Source: Gemmatimonadota bacterium
GTDB lineage: Bacteria > Gemmatimonadota > Gemmatimonadetes > Longimicrobiales > Gaopeijiaceae
Reading direction: 5' to 3'
Assembly: GCA_039591855.1 (NCBI GenBank)
Contig: JBDHCV010000002.1
Location: forward strand, 1-64,000
DNA length: 64,000 bases
Program-made: the position numbers and the translations under genes
The notes under the pieces: model-generated
The model's database searches: none
Told to the model about the DNA's origin: nothing
The model's input: the letters and a program-made list of their open reading frames with translations, nothing else
Part shown: in pieces, positions 1-9,055 of the stretch
How the letters are laid out: the number at the start of each line of letters is the position of its first letter
Numbering within the stretch: position 1 is the first letter of the stretch

Positions 1-58
1 CCCGCGTTGGTACTCCGGGACGAATGACCGCTCCGGGTCTCGGGGCCGCCGGGGCTTC

Positions 59-2290
59 CTAGCGCTCCCCCGGGCGGTAGACCCGCTCGGTGTGTCCTTC
101 GAGTTGGGACGGATAGAAATAGACCTCGCGAAGATCGCCCGTACTGTACCGAAGGGCCTGGTCGTTGAAGTGGGGCGACGCCGGGTCGTGGTTGAGCCCA
201 CCGGCCGTGACTGCACGGGCCCGGACGCTGTCTCCGAACTCCACCACCGCGACGAAGCTGTTGCCGCTGGTCCCGTACCACTTCTTCGACCCGTTCCGGG
301 GGGCCGCCCCGAAGGACGCCAGGGATCCCCAGCGGGCCGACGTGAAGCCCACGGGAATGCTGGGTCCGGCGTCGTCGAAGGGATGATCGATGTCCCCCGT
401 GAGCCGCTGGAACCGGTTGATGTCGCCCCAGGGCGTGCGCCACCCGCCGAAGTCCTCTTCCAGCCGTTGGACCGCGGCGGCCAGGGCCTCCAGGCGCTCC
501 CCACCCGCCGCGTCGGTGGCCATGTAGTCGTAGGCGGAGAGACCCGCCTCCCTGGCCGCTCCTCGGGTCCGCCTCATGAGCTCCTCGCCCCAGAAGACGG
601 CGAGTGAGGTGGGCACCGACTCCACGCTCCACCGCAGGTCCCAGTCTCGAAGCAGGTCGATGGGCTCGGCGAGCGTGCTCTTCCGGGGATCCGATTCCGG
701 GGTCCGGTCCCAATCCGCCACCAGTGCCGGGACCAACGGCTCGAAGGCGGTCAGGTAGCTGTCGTAGGCGGCATCGATGAGGGACTGAAGGGTGAAGTCC
801 GTCTTTCCGTCCAGTACCATGATGGCGTGGATTCCCCTGGGGTTCTCGCTGCCCGCGTCCATGTAGGGCGGGTAGTCCTCGGGGCGGGGACTGGTCGCGC
901 CGGTCACCGAGTAGGGCCAGTTGTTCGTGTTCTGGACCCAACCGTTCGACGGATTCACCGCGTTGGGGCTCTCGTCGAAGGCATGGACTCCCTGCCAGTC
1001 CGTCGAGGGGTCGCTCCCGTCCACCGGCTGTCCGTAGTCCAGACTGGGATCCCGGACCGGAACGAAGTTGGAGTGGAAGTACGCGATGTTGCCCTCGGCG
1101 TCGGCGAAGAGGGTGTTATTCGAGGAATTGGTGTGGAGCTCCAGGATCTCTCGGTATTCGGCGAGATTCTGTGCCTTCGTCCGAGTGTACGACTGGATGA
1201 GGGCGTTCAGGGGCTCCTCCATGAGGGCCACCGCCACCCAGCGCCCGTCGACCTCCCGGACGATGGGGCCGTGGTGGGTCCGGTAGACGGTGAACTCCCG
1301 CTCCGCCATTCCATCGGGGGTCCGGTAGGGGACCGTGACCTGCCGGGTCTCCACCGGCCGCTCCTCGTCGCCGTAGAGGTAGTAGAGCCCGTCCTCCCGC
1401 TCCACCACCGTCTCCAGGAACTCGTCGATGTTGTCCACGCTGCTGGAGGTATGCATCCAGCCCGCCGTCTCGTTGAACCCCTGGTAGATGAAGAACTGGC
1501 CCCAGGTCAGGGCACCGTAGGCGTTCAGCCCCTCGTCGCTGGTGACGTGGGCTTCGTGCCGGAAGAAGAACGAGGTGTGGGGGTTGATCAGGAGGAGGGC
1601 GTCCCCGTTGGCGGTGTTGGCGGGAGCGATGGCGAATCCATTGGACCCCGACGGCTCATGGTCCAGACCCAGGGCCTCGGCCGCACTGGCTACGGCCATG
1701 ATCCCGGTCTCCACCCGCTCTCCCTCAGCCTCCGCGGCCTGGGGCAGGGCCCGGGCCTCGCCGCCGTAGAAGGCTTCCAGGCGCTCCAGGTTCACGCGTT
1801 CGATATCTCCACCGATGCTCCCCTCGCTGAACGTGAGGGCCATCCAGGGCTCGAACTCCTGGATTACCCTGGGCTCCACCTCGGGGTGGGTGTGGAGGTA
1901 GTAGTTCAGTCCCGCGGCCCACGCGTCCATCAGGTCGACCAACCACGCGGGGCTCTGGGCGTAGAGTGCCTTCATCTCGTCGGGATCGATGAACAGCTTC
2001 ATCCGCAGATCCCGCCAGACCTCCCCTTCTCCGTCGGCTTCCGCCAGCCGTCCCTGGGAGAGGAGAAAGTTGTGCTCCACCCGGTTGAAGTCGTCCTCGG
2101 CCTGGGCATACATGAGCCCGAACACCGCGTCGGCGTCGGTCTCGGCCACGATGTGGGGAATGCCCCAGTCGTCCCGGGTGATGGTGACCCGCTCCGCCTG
2201 GGCCTCCCATGCGGCCACCGTGGGGTCGGAGGATCCCTGGGGAGCGCAGGCGGCGACCGCCAGCGTCAGGACTGCGAGGAGCTTCTTCAT
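59..2290 (-). CDS. Penicillin acylase family protein (Ntn-hydrolase, peptidase S45; could be an acyl-homoserine-lactone acylase). Start moved to the internal ATG of MKKLLAVLTLAVAACAPQ.
   Basis: Frame 59..2362 (-). Lipoprotein-like signal peptide MKKLLAVLTLAVAACA. Central GSNGFAIAPANTANGDALLLINPHTSF, typical of the penicillin amidase beta-subunit N-terminal Ser nucleophile region. Length about 740 aa fits PGA/PvdQ-type acylases. Confidence 0.75.
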   Translation of the reverse strand: MKKLLAVLTLAVAACAPQGSSDPTVAAWEAQAERVTITRDDWGIPHIVAETDADAVFGLMYAQAEDDFNRVEHNFLLSQGRLAEADGEGEVWRDLRMKLFIDPDEMKALYAQSPAWLVDLMDAWAAGLNYYLHTHPEVEPRVIQEFEPWMALTFSEGSIGGDIERVNLERLEAFYGGEARALPQAAEAEGERVETGIMAVASAAEALGLDHEPSGSNGFAIAPANTANGDALLLINPHTSFFFRHEAHVTSDEGLNAYGALTWGQFFIYQGFNETAGWMHTSSSVDNIDEFLETVVEREDGLYYLYGDEERPVETRQVTVPYRTPDGMAEREFTVYRTHHGPIVREVDGRWVAVALMEEPLNALIQSYTRTKAQNLAEYREILELHTNSSNNTLFADAEGNIAYFHSNFVPVRDPSLDYGQPVDGSDPSTDWQGVHAFDESPNAVNPSNGWVQNTNNWPYSVTGATSPRPEDYPPYMDAGSENPRGIHAIMVLDGKTDFTLQSLIDAAYDSYLTAFEPLVPALVADWDRTPESDPRKSTLAEPIDLLRDWDLRWSVESVPTSLAVFWGEELMRRTRGAAREAGLSAYDYMATDAAGGERLEALAAAVQRLEEDFGGWRTPWGDINRFQRLTGDIDHPFDDAGPSIPVGFTSARWGSLASFGAAPRNGSKKWYGTSGNSFVAVVEFGDSVRARAVTAGGLNHDPASPHFNDQALRYSTGDLREVYFYPSQLEGHTERVYRPGER

Positions 2291-2446
2291 TCTCTGCAAC
2301 CGGATGAGGGAATCGAGCATCGTGCCCGCGGGGAGCCTAGGAACCCCGGCCTGCCCTCGCAAGACGCGACCTCCCCCCCGCTGACGAACGCGAGGGGGAG
2401 GTCGTGTGCCCGGGGGGGGACCCCCGGGCAGGGGGTTCGACTGGGC

Positions 2447-3268
2447 CTACATGCCCGGCCCCCAGAAGTCCGGAGCGGCCGCCCTGGTCTCCGGGGCCAC
2501 GAAGGACATTCCCGGATCCAGCCGGAACCGATTGGTAATGGAGAGCTGGATGGCGTTGGACATGAAGTTCTCCATCAAGGTCATCTCGTCGGGTGTGATG
2601 GCGCCCATCACCATCTCCTCCTGGGCCATGGTGTCGTCGAACTCGGCGTAGGAATTGACGGACGAGAACATCATGAAGTAGCCCCAGGGCATCCCCGCGG
2701 TGACCTGGTAGGTGCGGAAGCTCATGTCGACCCCGGCTCGCTCCGCCGCGGCCACGTACGCTTCAACCGCCTCCTGGAACGCACCCTCCTGGCCGGCGCG
2801 GATCCGGAACATGGTGATGTCCCAGAACCGGGCCATGGCCAGGTCCGGGAAACCCCCGTGGCTGAGATCGGGACGGGCCACCGCCCTGACCTGGCGGGTG
2901 TCGTCCAGATACTCCGCGTCGGCCCTCCAGAGGCGGGCCAGTTCTGCGCTCAGAGCCGGATCGGACTCGTTCCGCTCCATGAAAGCGGCCTCTTGGGCGT
3001 GGGAGTCATACGGAGAGACGTACCAGACTTCGTTGGGGCCGCTCATGGAGACCATGGCCAGGTAGTAGTCTTCCGAGCCCGCCCGGGCGAAGGCGGCGGG
3101 CCACCCGAGTTCATTCGCACGGTGGTCGGCGTTCATGCCAACCTTCACCTCTTCGATGAAGATATTCAGGATGCCCGGCTGTGTGGTGGGCATCCCCTGG
3201 GCCGCGACCGCCGCAGCCGATGCGGCGAGAAATGCCAGGGGAAGGGTCATCCGAAAGAGTGGTCGCAT
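2447..3268 (-). CDS. Hypothetical secreted protein
   Basis: 273-aa ORF with N-terminal signal peptide (MTLPLAFLAASAAAVAAQG). No recognisable catalytic motif. Confidence 0.45.
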   Translation of the reverse strand: MRPLFRMTLPLAFLAASAAAVAAQGMPTTQPGILNIFIEEVKVGMNADHRANELGWPAAFARAGSEDYYLAMVSMSGPNEVWYVSPYDSHAQEAAFMERNESDPALSAELARLWRADAEYLDDTRQVRAVARPDLSHGGFPDLAMARFWDITMFRIRAGQEGAFQEAVEAYVAAAERAGVDMSFRTYQVTAGMPWGYFMMFSSVNSYAEFDDTMAQEEMVMGAITPDEMTLMENFMSNAIQLSITNRFRLDPGMSFVAPETRAAAPDFWGPGM

Positions 3269-3494
3269 ACATGCCTCCAGGGTCGGTGGCGTCGAGGGAC
3301 GCCCGGGGGGCGACCGCCACGGCCGGTGGGCCGTCGCGCGTCGCTCAGCCTATCCCGCATCGTGCGGGAAGGTGGTCGATTCTGAAGGCAGCTTAACCGC
3401 CATGTCGGTCGCGCGCCAGTCGGGGCCCAGTCGTGCCCGGTAGCCCCGGGGCGGTGACCTGCCAGGAGGACTGGGGTGGCGGTTGGCGGCTCGG

Positions 3495-5036
3495 CTACCG
3501 TCCCGGCGGCGTTCCGTAGGGGAACATGGTCTCCAGGTCCACGTGCTCGTAGGGGAGGGCGTCCAGGTACGTGGTGCCCACGAACGGGCCCGGCGCCTCG
3601 ACCACCACGATGGTCGGTGCGAACCCCGTCTCGTCGAATCCCCGCCGGAAGTGGACCCGGGACTTCACCACAAAGACCTGGTAGTCCTCGGGTGCGACCG
3701 GTCCGAACCGGAACCGCTCGGGGTCCGTGATCTGGGTGTAGGCCGGTGTGATCAGGACCATGTTCCCCCTCCCGAAGGAGACGGCAGCGGTGCGCTCGTA
3801 GCCCGCCCACGGCCCCACGTACTCCAGGGTCCCCCGGATTCGCACCGGCGTCCCTCCGGAGGGGGTGTATCCCCCGATCTCCATGTCGAAGGGGTCGCCC
3901 ACCGCCGCCTCGCTCTCGGCCAGGGCGTCCAGGGTCTGGGGAGAGGAGATGGCGCCGTAGAGGACCCGCTCGATCCCCGCCGCCTCGAAGGCCTTGAGGA
4001 TGTGGGTGGCGTCACCCGGCCGATCGGAGTGATCGCCCACCGCCACCGGGGTCTCTCCGGCGGACACGGCCCGGGCCACGATTCGGGCGGCCTGGTCCGG
4101 GACCGGGAAGCGGCCCAACGCGAAGTCCTCCCGTACCCGCCAGATGAAGTCGTTCATGTCGTCCGCGATCCGGTCCGCCAGGGCCTGGTCCCCGTTGGTC
4201 ATGACGTGAACCGTGGCGCCCACGTCGGGGACGTCCGACCACGGATACCCGTAGAAGACGCTCACGAAGGCGTCCGTCTCCCGGGCCTCCCAGCGCCGGG
4301 CCCGCTCCATGATGTCCATGGAGGGGGACTGCCCCGTCCACTGGAGGACCGTGGGGGTGAGGACGCCGGGTTTGCGGGTGGCGTTGGTGGGGACGTAGGT
4401 CCCGCTCATGACCCGGTGGAGGGCCCGCGCGGCCCGGGCGCCCTGGATGCCGGCGTCGTAATGGGGATATCGCTTGGTCACGAAGGCGAATTCGGCGTGT
4501 TCCAGGAACTCGGCGTCCTCGTTGCCGTGGAGGTCGAACGAGCCCGCGATGGGCACGCCGGGCCCGACGACTTCCCGGACCCTGCGGGCGATCTCGGCCT
4601 CGGGGCGGGGTACGTCGCGGACCGCCATGGCTCCGTGGAGCGCCAGGTACACCCCGTCCACTGGCATGGCCGCCCTCAGATCGGAGAGTATTCCCTCCAT
4701 GAAGTGCTCGAAAGTCTCCTCGGTGTTCCAACTCCGAGAGGAGCCGCCGAAGACGTTGTTCGGGGAGGTGAGGGGCACCAACGCCATGTCCCCGTAGTCT
4801 TCGGCCTGGCGGACGAACCCTCGGACGTAGCTCCCGGAGTCCAGCACGTCCGGCCCGGAGAGCACCTCCTGCCAGTCCTCCACCTCCACGTCGCCACCGG
4901 GGCAGAAGGTGCATGTCTCGTGCTGGAACTTGGCCACCGCCACCCGGAATAGGGTCTGTTCGTCGGTCTGCGCGGGACCGCAGGCGGCGAGGGCGAGGGT
5001 CGCGCCCAGGATGAGGGCTGAGCTTGAGCGTTTCAT
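3495..5036 (-). CDS. M81 family metallopeptidase (microcystinase MlrC-like, DUF1485 N-terminal domain)
   Basis: Lipoprotein signal (LALAACGPAQ) followed by FRVAVAKFQHETCTF, matching the conserved FxHETNTF motif of MlrC N-termini. About 510 aa is typical for the family. Confidence 0.6.
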   Translation of the reverse strand: MKRSSSALILGATLALAACGPAQTDEQTLFRVAVAKFQHETCTFCPGGDVEVEDWQEVLSGPDVLDSGSYVRGFVRQAEDYGDMALVPLTSPNNVFGGSSRSWNTEETFEHFMEGILSDLRAAMPVDGVYLALHGAMAVRDVPRPEAEIARRVREVVGPGVPIAGSFDLHGNEDAEFLEHAEFAFVTKRYPHYDAGIQGARAARALHRVMSGTYVPTNATRKPGVLTPTVLQWTGQSPSMDIMERARRWEARETDAFVSVFYGYPWSDVPDVGATVHVMTNGDQALADRIADDMNDFIWRVREDFALGRFPVPDQAARIVARAVSAGETPVAVGDHSDRPGDATHILKAFEAAGIERVLYGAISSPQTLDALAESEAAVGDPFDMEIGGYTPSGGTPVRIRGTLEYVGPWAGYERTAAVSFGRGNMVLITPAYTQITDPERFRFGPVAPEDYQVFVVKSRVHFRRGFDETGFAPTIVVVEAPGPFVGTTYLDALPYEHVDLETMFPYGTPPGR

Positions 5037-5063
5037 CGCGTTATCGGCTTCCGTTTCGGTGAA

Positions 5064-6311
5064 TCAGGCCGCGATGGCCTGCATGATCAGTCCGCAAATC
5101 CAGGCGGCGTAGGTCCCCAGCGCGTATCCCAGGACCGCGAGTAGCACGCCCGCCGGCGCCAGGCTGGGATGGAATGCGGACGCGACCACCGGGGCCGACG
5201 CCGCGCCGCCCACATTCGCCTGGCTTCCCACCGCCATGTAGAACACCGGGGCTCGAATCAGCTTCGCCACCAGGAGCAGGAGCACCGCGTGGAACGTGAT
5301 CCAGATCCCGCCCACCGCGAACAGGCCCGGGTTGCTGAAGATGGAACTCACGTCCATGCCCATCCCGATGGAGGCCACCAGGACGTAGAGCATGGCCGAG
5401 CCGACCCGGGACGCTCCGGCCCCTTCCAGGTTCTTGGCCCGTGTGAAGGAGAGCAGGAGGCCGCCGGTGGTGGCGATGACCACGATCCAGAAGAACGTGC
5501 TGGTCAGGCTCAGTCGCTCCAATCCAGGCGCCGACACGGAGATCCACCCGGAGATCCCCCCGCCCAGCGCATGAGCCAGCCCGGTCACGCCGAAACCCAC
5601 CGCCACCATGAGCATGAGGTCGGTGAGGTTGAGGACCCTGGCGTGCTCGTCGTGGAAGGCCTCCACGCTGGCCTTCAGCTCTGCGATTGCCGAGGTGTCC
5701 GCCCCGGAGCGTCGATCCATGGCGTCGGCCCGCCCGGCCATGAAGAGAAGGATCGCCATCCACACGTTGGCCCACAGGACATCCACGGCGATCATTTGCC
5801 CGAACAGTCGGTCCCCGACCTCGAAGACCTCCTTCATGGCGGTCTGGTTCGCGCCTCCACCGATCCAGCTTCCGGCCACCGTGGTGAGGCCCCGCCAGAC
5901 CGCCTCAGGACCGTCGCCGCCCACCGTCTCCGGACTGATGGATCCCACGATCAGGAGGGCGAGGGGGCCCCCCAGGACGATCCCCACCGTCCCGGTGAAG
6001 AACATGATCAGGGCCTTGGACCCCAGGCGCAGGATGGCCGGGAGGTCCACGGACAGGGTCAGGAGGACCAGCGTCGCCGGCAGCAGGTAGCGGGAGGTGA
6101 CGAAGTACAGGTTGGACTGCTCCGAGTCCACGATATTGAAGGTGTTCAGGAGCGACGGGAGGAAGTAACAGAGGAGAAGCCCGGGAACGTAGGTGTAGAA
6201 CTTCTTCCAGAAGGGGTGCTCACTCTTCTCGGTGTAGAAGACGAAGCCCAGAATGACGGCCAGCAGGCCGAGCACCACCGCATCGTTCGTGACAAGGGCT
6301 TGTGTTTCCAT
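5064..6311 (-). CDS. DUF819 (YjcL-like) polytopic membrane protein. Start moved to internal METQALVTN.
   Basis: About 10 predicted TM helices. Resembles YjcL/DUF819 (FYTYVPGLLLCYFLPSLLNTFNI). The 32 residues upstream of METQ are low complexity and probably untranslated. Confidence 0.45.
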   Translation of the reverse strand: METQALVTNDAVVLGLLAVILGFVFYTEKSEHPFWKKFYTYVPGLLLCYFLPSLLNTFNIVDSEQSNLYFVTSRYLLPATLVLLTLSVDLPAILRLGSKALIMFFTGTVGIVLGGPLALLIVGSISPETVGGDGPEAVWRGLTTVAGSWIGGGANQTAMKEVFEVGDRLFGQMIAVDVLWANVWMAILLFMAGRADAMDRRSGADTSAIAELKASVEAFHDEHARVLNLTDLMLMVAVGFGVTGLAHALGGGISGWISVSAPGLERLSLTSTFFWIVVIATTGGLLLSFTRAKNLEGAGASRVGSAMLYVLVASIGMGMDVSSIFSNPGLFAVGGIWITFHAVLLLLVAKLIRAPVFYMAVGSQANVGGAASAPVVASAFHPSLAPAGVLLAVLGYALGTYAAWICGLIMQAIAA

Positions 6312-6460
6312 GGCTCCCGTGGGGTTCGGTTCGGCGCGGGCCGGTGGAAGAGGCTGGCCCGACGGGCCTCGACGGCGGAAGATGAGGGTCGGGAGCGCAC
6401 CGGGCAAAGTGGCCGGCCCAACGGGTCGCAGGCGCGCGCCATCATCAGGGACCGACAGGA

Positions 6461-8041
6461 GTGAGTGCGATGGATCGAGAAGGAGCTCTGGCTCGGCTGG
6501 CGGACCAGCGCGACCGATGGGATTTCATCATCATCGGAGGGGGCGCCACGGGCATCGGTACGGCCCTGGACGCCGCCGCCCGGGGGTACTCGGTGGCCCT
6601 CCTGGATCGGAGCGATTTCGGCAAGGGCACTTCCAGCCGAAGCACTAAACTGATCCACGGCGGGGTCCGCTATCTCCAGCAGGGCAACATCCCCCTGGTC
6701 ATGGAGGCCCTGAAGGAGCGAGGAATCCTGCGGCGCAACGCCCCCCACCTGGTCCAGGATCTCCCGTTCGTCGTCCCCAACTACTCCTGGTGGGAGGCGC
6801 CCTTCTACGGGATCGGCATGAAGGTCTACGACGCCCTGGCCGGCAAGTACGGCTTCGGCCACTCCCGGGTCCTTTCGAGGGAGGAGACCCTGGAGCGGAT
6901 CCCCACCATCGAGACCGATGGCCTGAACGGAGGCGTGGTCTACCACGACGGCCAGTTCGACGACTCCCGACTCTTGATCAACCTTGCTCAGACGGCGGTG
7001 GAGCAGGGGGCCGTGTTGATCAACTACGCTCCGGTGACCGGGCTGACCAAGTCGTCGGACGGTCTGGTGGACGGGGTGAGGGCCCGAGACCTGGAGTCCG
7101 GGCGGGAGCTGGAGCTGCGAGGGCGGATCGTGGTGAACGCCACCGGGGTTTTCGCCGACGAGGTTCGCCGCATGGACGACCCGACAGCGGCGCCGGTGAT
7201 CCGGCCCAGCCAGGGGGTCCACGTGGTGCTGCCCCGCCGCTTCCTTCCCGGGGACTCGGCCATCATGGTGCCTCGCACCGACGACGGGCGCGTCCTGTTC
7301 GCCATCCCCTGGTACCACACCGTGGTCATCGGGACCACGGACACGCCCGTGGACAGACCGGAGCTGGAGCCCCGCCCCCTGGACGAGGAGGTGGACTTCC
7401 TGCTGGAGCACGCCGCTCGGTACCTGGAGGAGGATCCGGGCCCCGGGGACGTTCTATCCGTATTCGCCGGCCTGCGTCCCCTCGTGGACCCGTCGGGTGG
7501 GGAGGGGGAGACCTCGACGATCTCCCGGGAACACGTGATCCTGGTGCCTCCGTCGGGACTGTTGACCATCGCCGGGGGCAAGTGGACCACGTATCGGAAG
7601 ATGGCGGAGGACGTGGTGGACCATGGGGCGGTGCTCGGGGGCATGGAGATCCGGCCCTGCCCCACCCGGGAGTTGAACATCCACGGGTATCACCTAAACC
7701 CGGAGCGATTCGGACCCCTGGCCCCCTACGGCGCCGACGCCGCAGCCGTGGCCGCGCTGGAGCGGCACGATCCGGGACTCGCGGATCGGGTTCATCCCCG
7801 GCTGCCGGTGACCGCGGCCCAGGTGGTCTGGGCGGTCCGCGCCGAGATGGCCCGCACCGTGGACGACGTGCTGGCCCGGCGAACGAGGGCGTTGTTGTTC
7901 GATGCGGCGGCGGCGGCCGAGGCCGCGCCGGAGGTGGCCCGACTCATGGCCGTGGAGCTGGAGCGGGACCGGGGCTGGGAACAGGAGCAGGCGGATGACT
8001 TCCGGGCCCTGGCCGCCGGATACCGGCTCCCTGCCGGCTAG
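6461..8041 (+). CDS. glpD: FAD-dependent glycerol-3-phosphate dehydrogenase
   Basis: N-terminal FAD dinucleotide fold DFIIIGGGATGIGTALDAAARGYSVALLDRSDFGKGTSSRSTKLIHGGVRYL, typical of GlpD/GlpA. 526 aa. Start is ambiguous: GTG at 6461 or ATG at 6470. Confidence 0.85.
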   Translation: MSAMDREGALARLADQRDRWDFIIIGGGATGIGTALDAAARGYSVALLDRSDFGKGTSSRSTKLIHGGVRYLQQGNIPLVMEALKERGILRRNAPHLVQDLPFVVPNYSWWEAPFYGIGMKVYDALAGKYGFGHSRVLSREETLERIPTIETDGLNGGVVYHDGQFDDSRLLINLAQTAVEQGAVLINYAPVTGLTKSSDGLVDGVRARDLESGRELELRGRIVVNATGVFADEVRRMDDPTAAPVIRPSQGVHVVLPRRFLPGDSAIMVPRTDDGRVLFAIPWYHTVVIGTTDTPVDRPELEPRPLDEEVDFLLEHAARYLEEDPGPGDVLSVFAGLRPLVDPSGGEGETSTISREHVILVPPSGLLTIAGGKWTTYRKMAEDVVDHGAVLGGMEIRPCPTRELNIHGYHLNPERFGPLAPYGADAAAVAALERHDPGLADRVHPRLPVTAAQVVWAVRAEMARTVDDVLARRTRALLFDAAAAAEAAPEVARLMAVELERDRGWEQEQADDFRALAAGYRLPAG

Positions 8042-8664
8042 TTGATGTGGCCCTTCCCCGTTCGGGGCGGGGAGCGGCCGAAGACCCCGAACTTGAAGAG
8101 GAGCGTGCCTGCCCAGCCACTGACGTCCTGGTTGGTGAGGTTCACCAGGTCCACGTCCTGGACGAAGCGGTAGCTGCCCCCGGCGGAGATCCGCATGAAG
8201 TGGGTCACGTTCAACTCGAGGTTCACCCCCGGCTCGGCCACGAAGACCGCGTCCCAACTGGTGGGGTGGACCGGGTCGAAGCGATAGGTCACGCCGCCTC
8301 CGCCGATCAGACCCTGGAGGGTCAGGTGGACGAGGTCGTCGGAGCGCAGAAGCACCTCCAGGTCCAGGCCGCCGTATCCCATGCGGAGCTTTCCTGGCCG
8401 GTTGTACTGGTCGTAGACGTCGGTCCAGATGTCGCTGACCAATCCGTACCCGCCTCCGCCCAGGACCAGGGTGCGGTTGAGGATCCACCCGCCCCGTCCT
8501 CCCAGGAGTACAGCGAAGTCTCCCCGCATGGACGTGAACTTGGTGGCGAATCCGCCGAAACCGCCGCTCTCGATGTCCGAACCCACCAGGGTCCGGCCGC
8601 CCTGGGCGGCCAGGCCAGCCGGCAGAAACGCAAGCAGAACAAGGCCTATCGCGAATTTCCTCAT
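8038..8664 (-). CDS. Putative outer-membrane beta-barrel protein
   Basis: Signal peptide MRKFAIGLVLLAFLPAGLAAQ. Gly/aromatic-rich alternating pattern with a C-proximal LLFKFG beta-signal-like motif. Convergent with glpD with a 4-nt overlap. Confidence 0.4.
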   Translation of the reverse strand: MRKFAIGLVLLAFLPAGLAAQGGRTLVGSDIESGGFGGFATKFTSMRGDFAVLLGGRGGWILNRTLVLGGGGYGLVSDIWTDVYDQYNRPGKLRMGYGGLDLEVLLRSDDLVHLTLQGLIGGGGVTYRFDPVHPTSWDAVFVAEPGVNLELNVTHFMRISAGGSYRFVQDVDLVNLTNQDVSGWAGTLLFKFGVFGRSPPRTGKGHIN

Positions 8665-9055
8665 CGTCGTCCTCCCGAGCTGTCACCGCTTCCCAGGTCA
8701 CTCGGGACCCGCCTGGGCCCCGGTCCGAATTCGGCAGTGCGAATCCGATCTGCTGCCAAGAGGAGCATGGGGCGTGCCGCGGGCCGGGCCTGGTAGCGCC
8801 GGGGAGTTCTGCCTCTGCCTCCCGAGACGGCCCCGAGCCCGAACACGCCCTGCGTCATTCCCGTCTCCCACTCTCATGAGACGGGCGATTGGTCCTTACA
8901 GCGGCTCGCCGGCGGCCCGTTGAAACGACGGTAGCCCTGGGCATTCCGGGGACGCCAGGCAATCCTGGAAGTCCTCGCCGCTTGGCGAACCCCGCAACGC
9001 CGCCCATACTCTCAGCCACACGGAATCTCCAAGCCGACCGCCCGGAGGATCGACC

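Noticed and set aside
827-3385. 852-aa ORF on the plus strand across the acylase locus
   Set aside because: Antisense to a motif-supported penicillin-acylase-family gene. Pro/Arg/Gly/Val-rich low-complexity translation typical of spurious ORFs in high-GC DNA.
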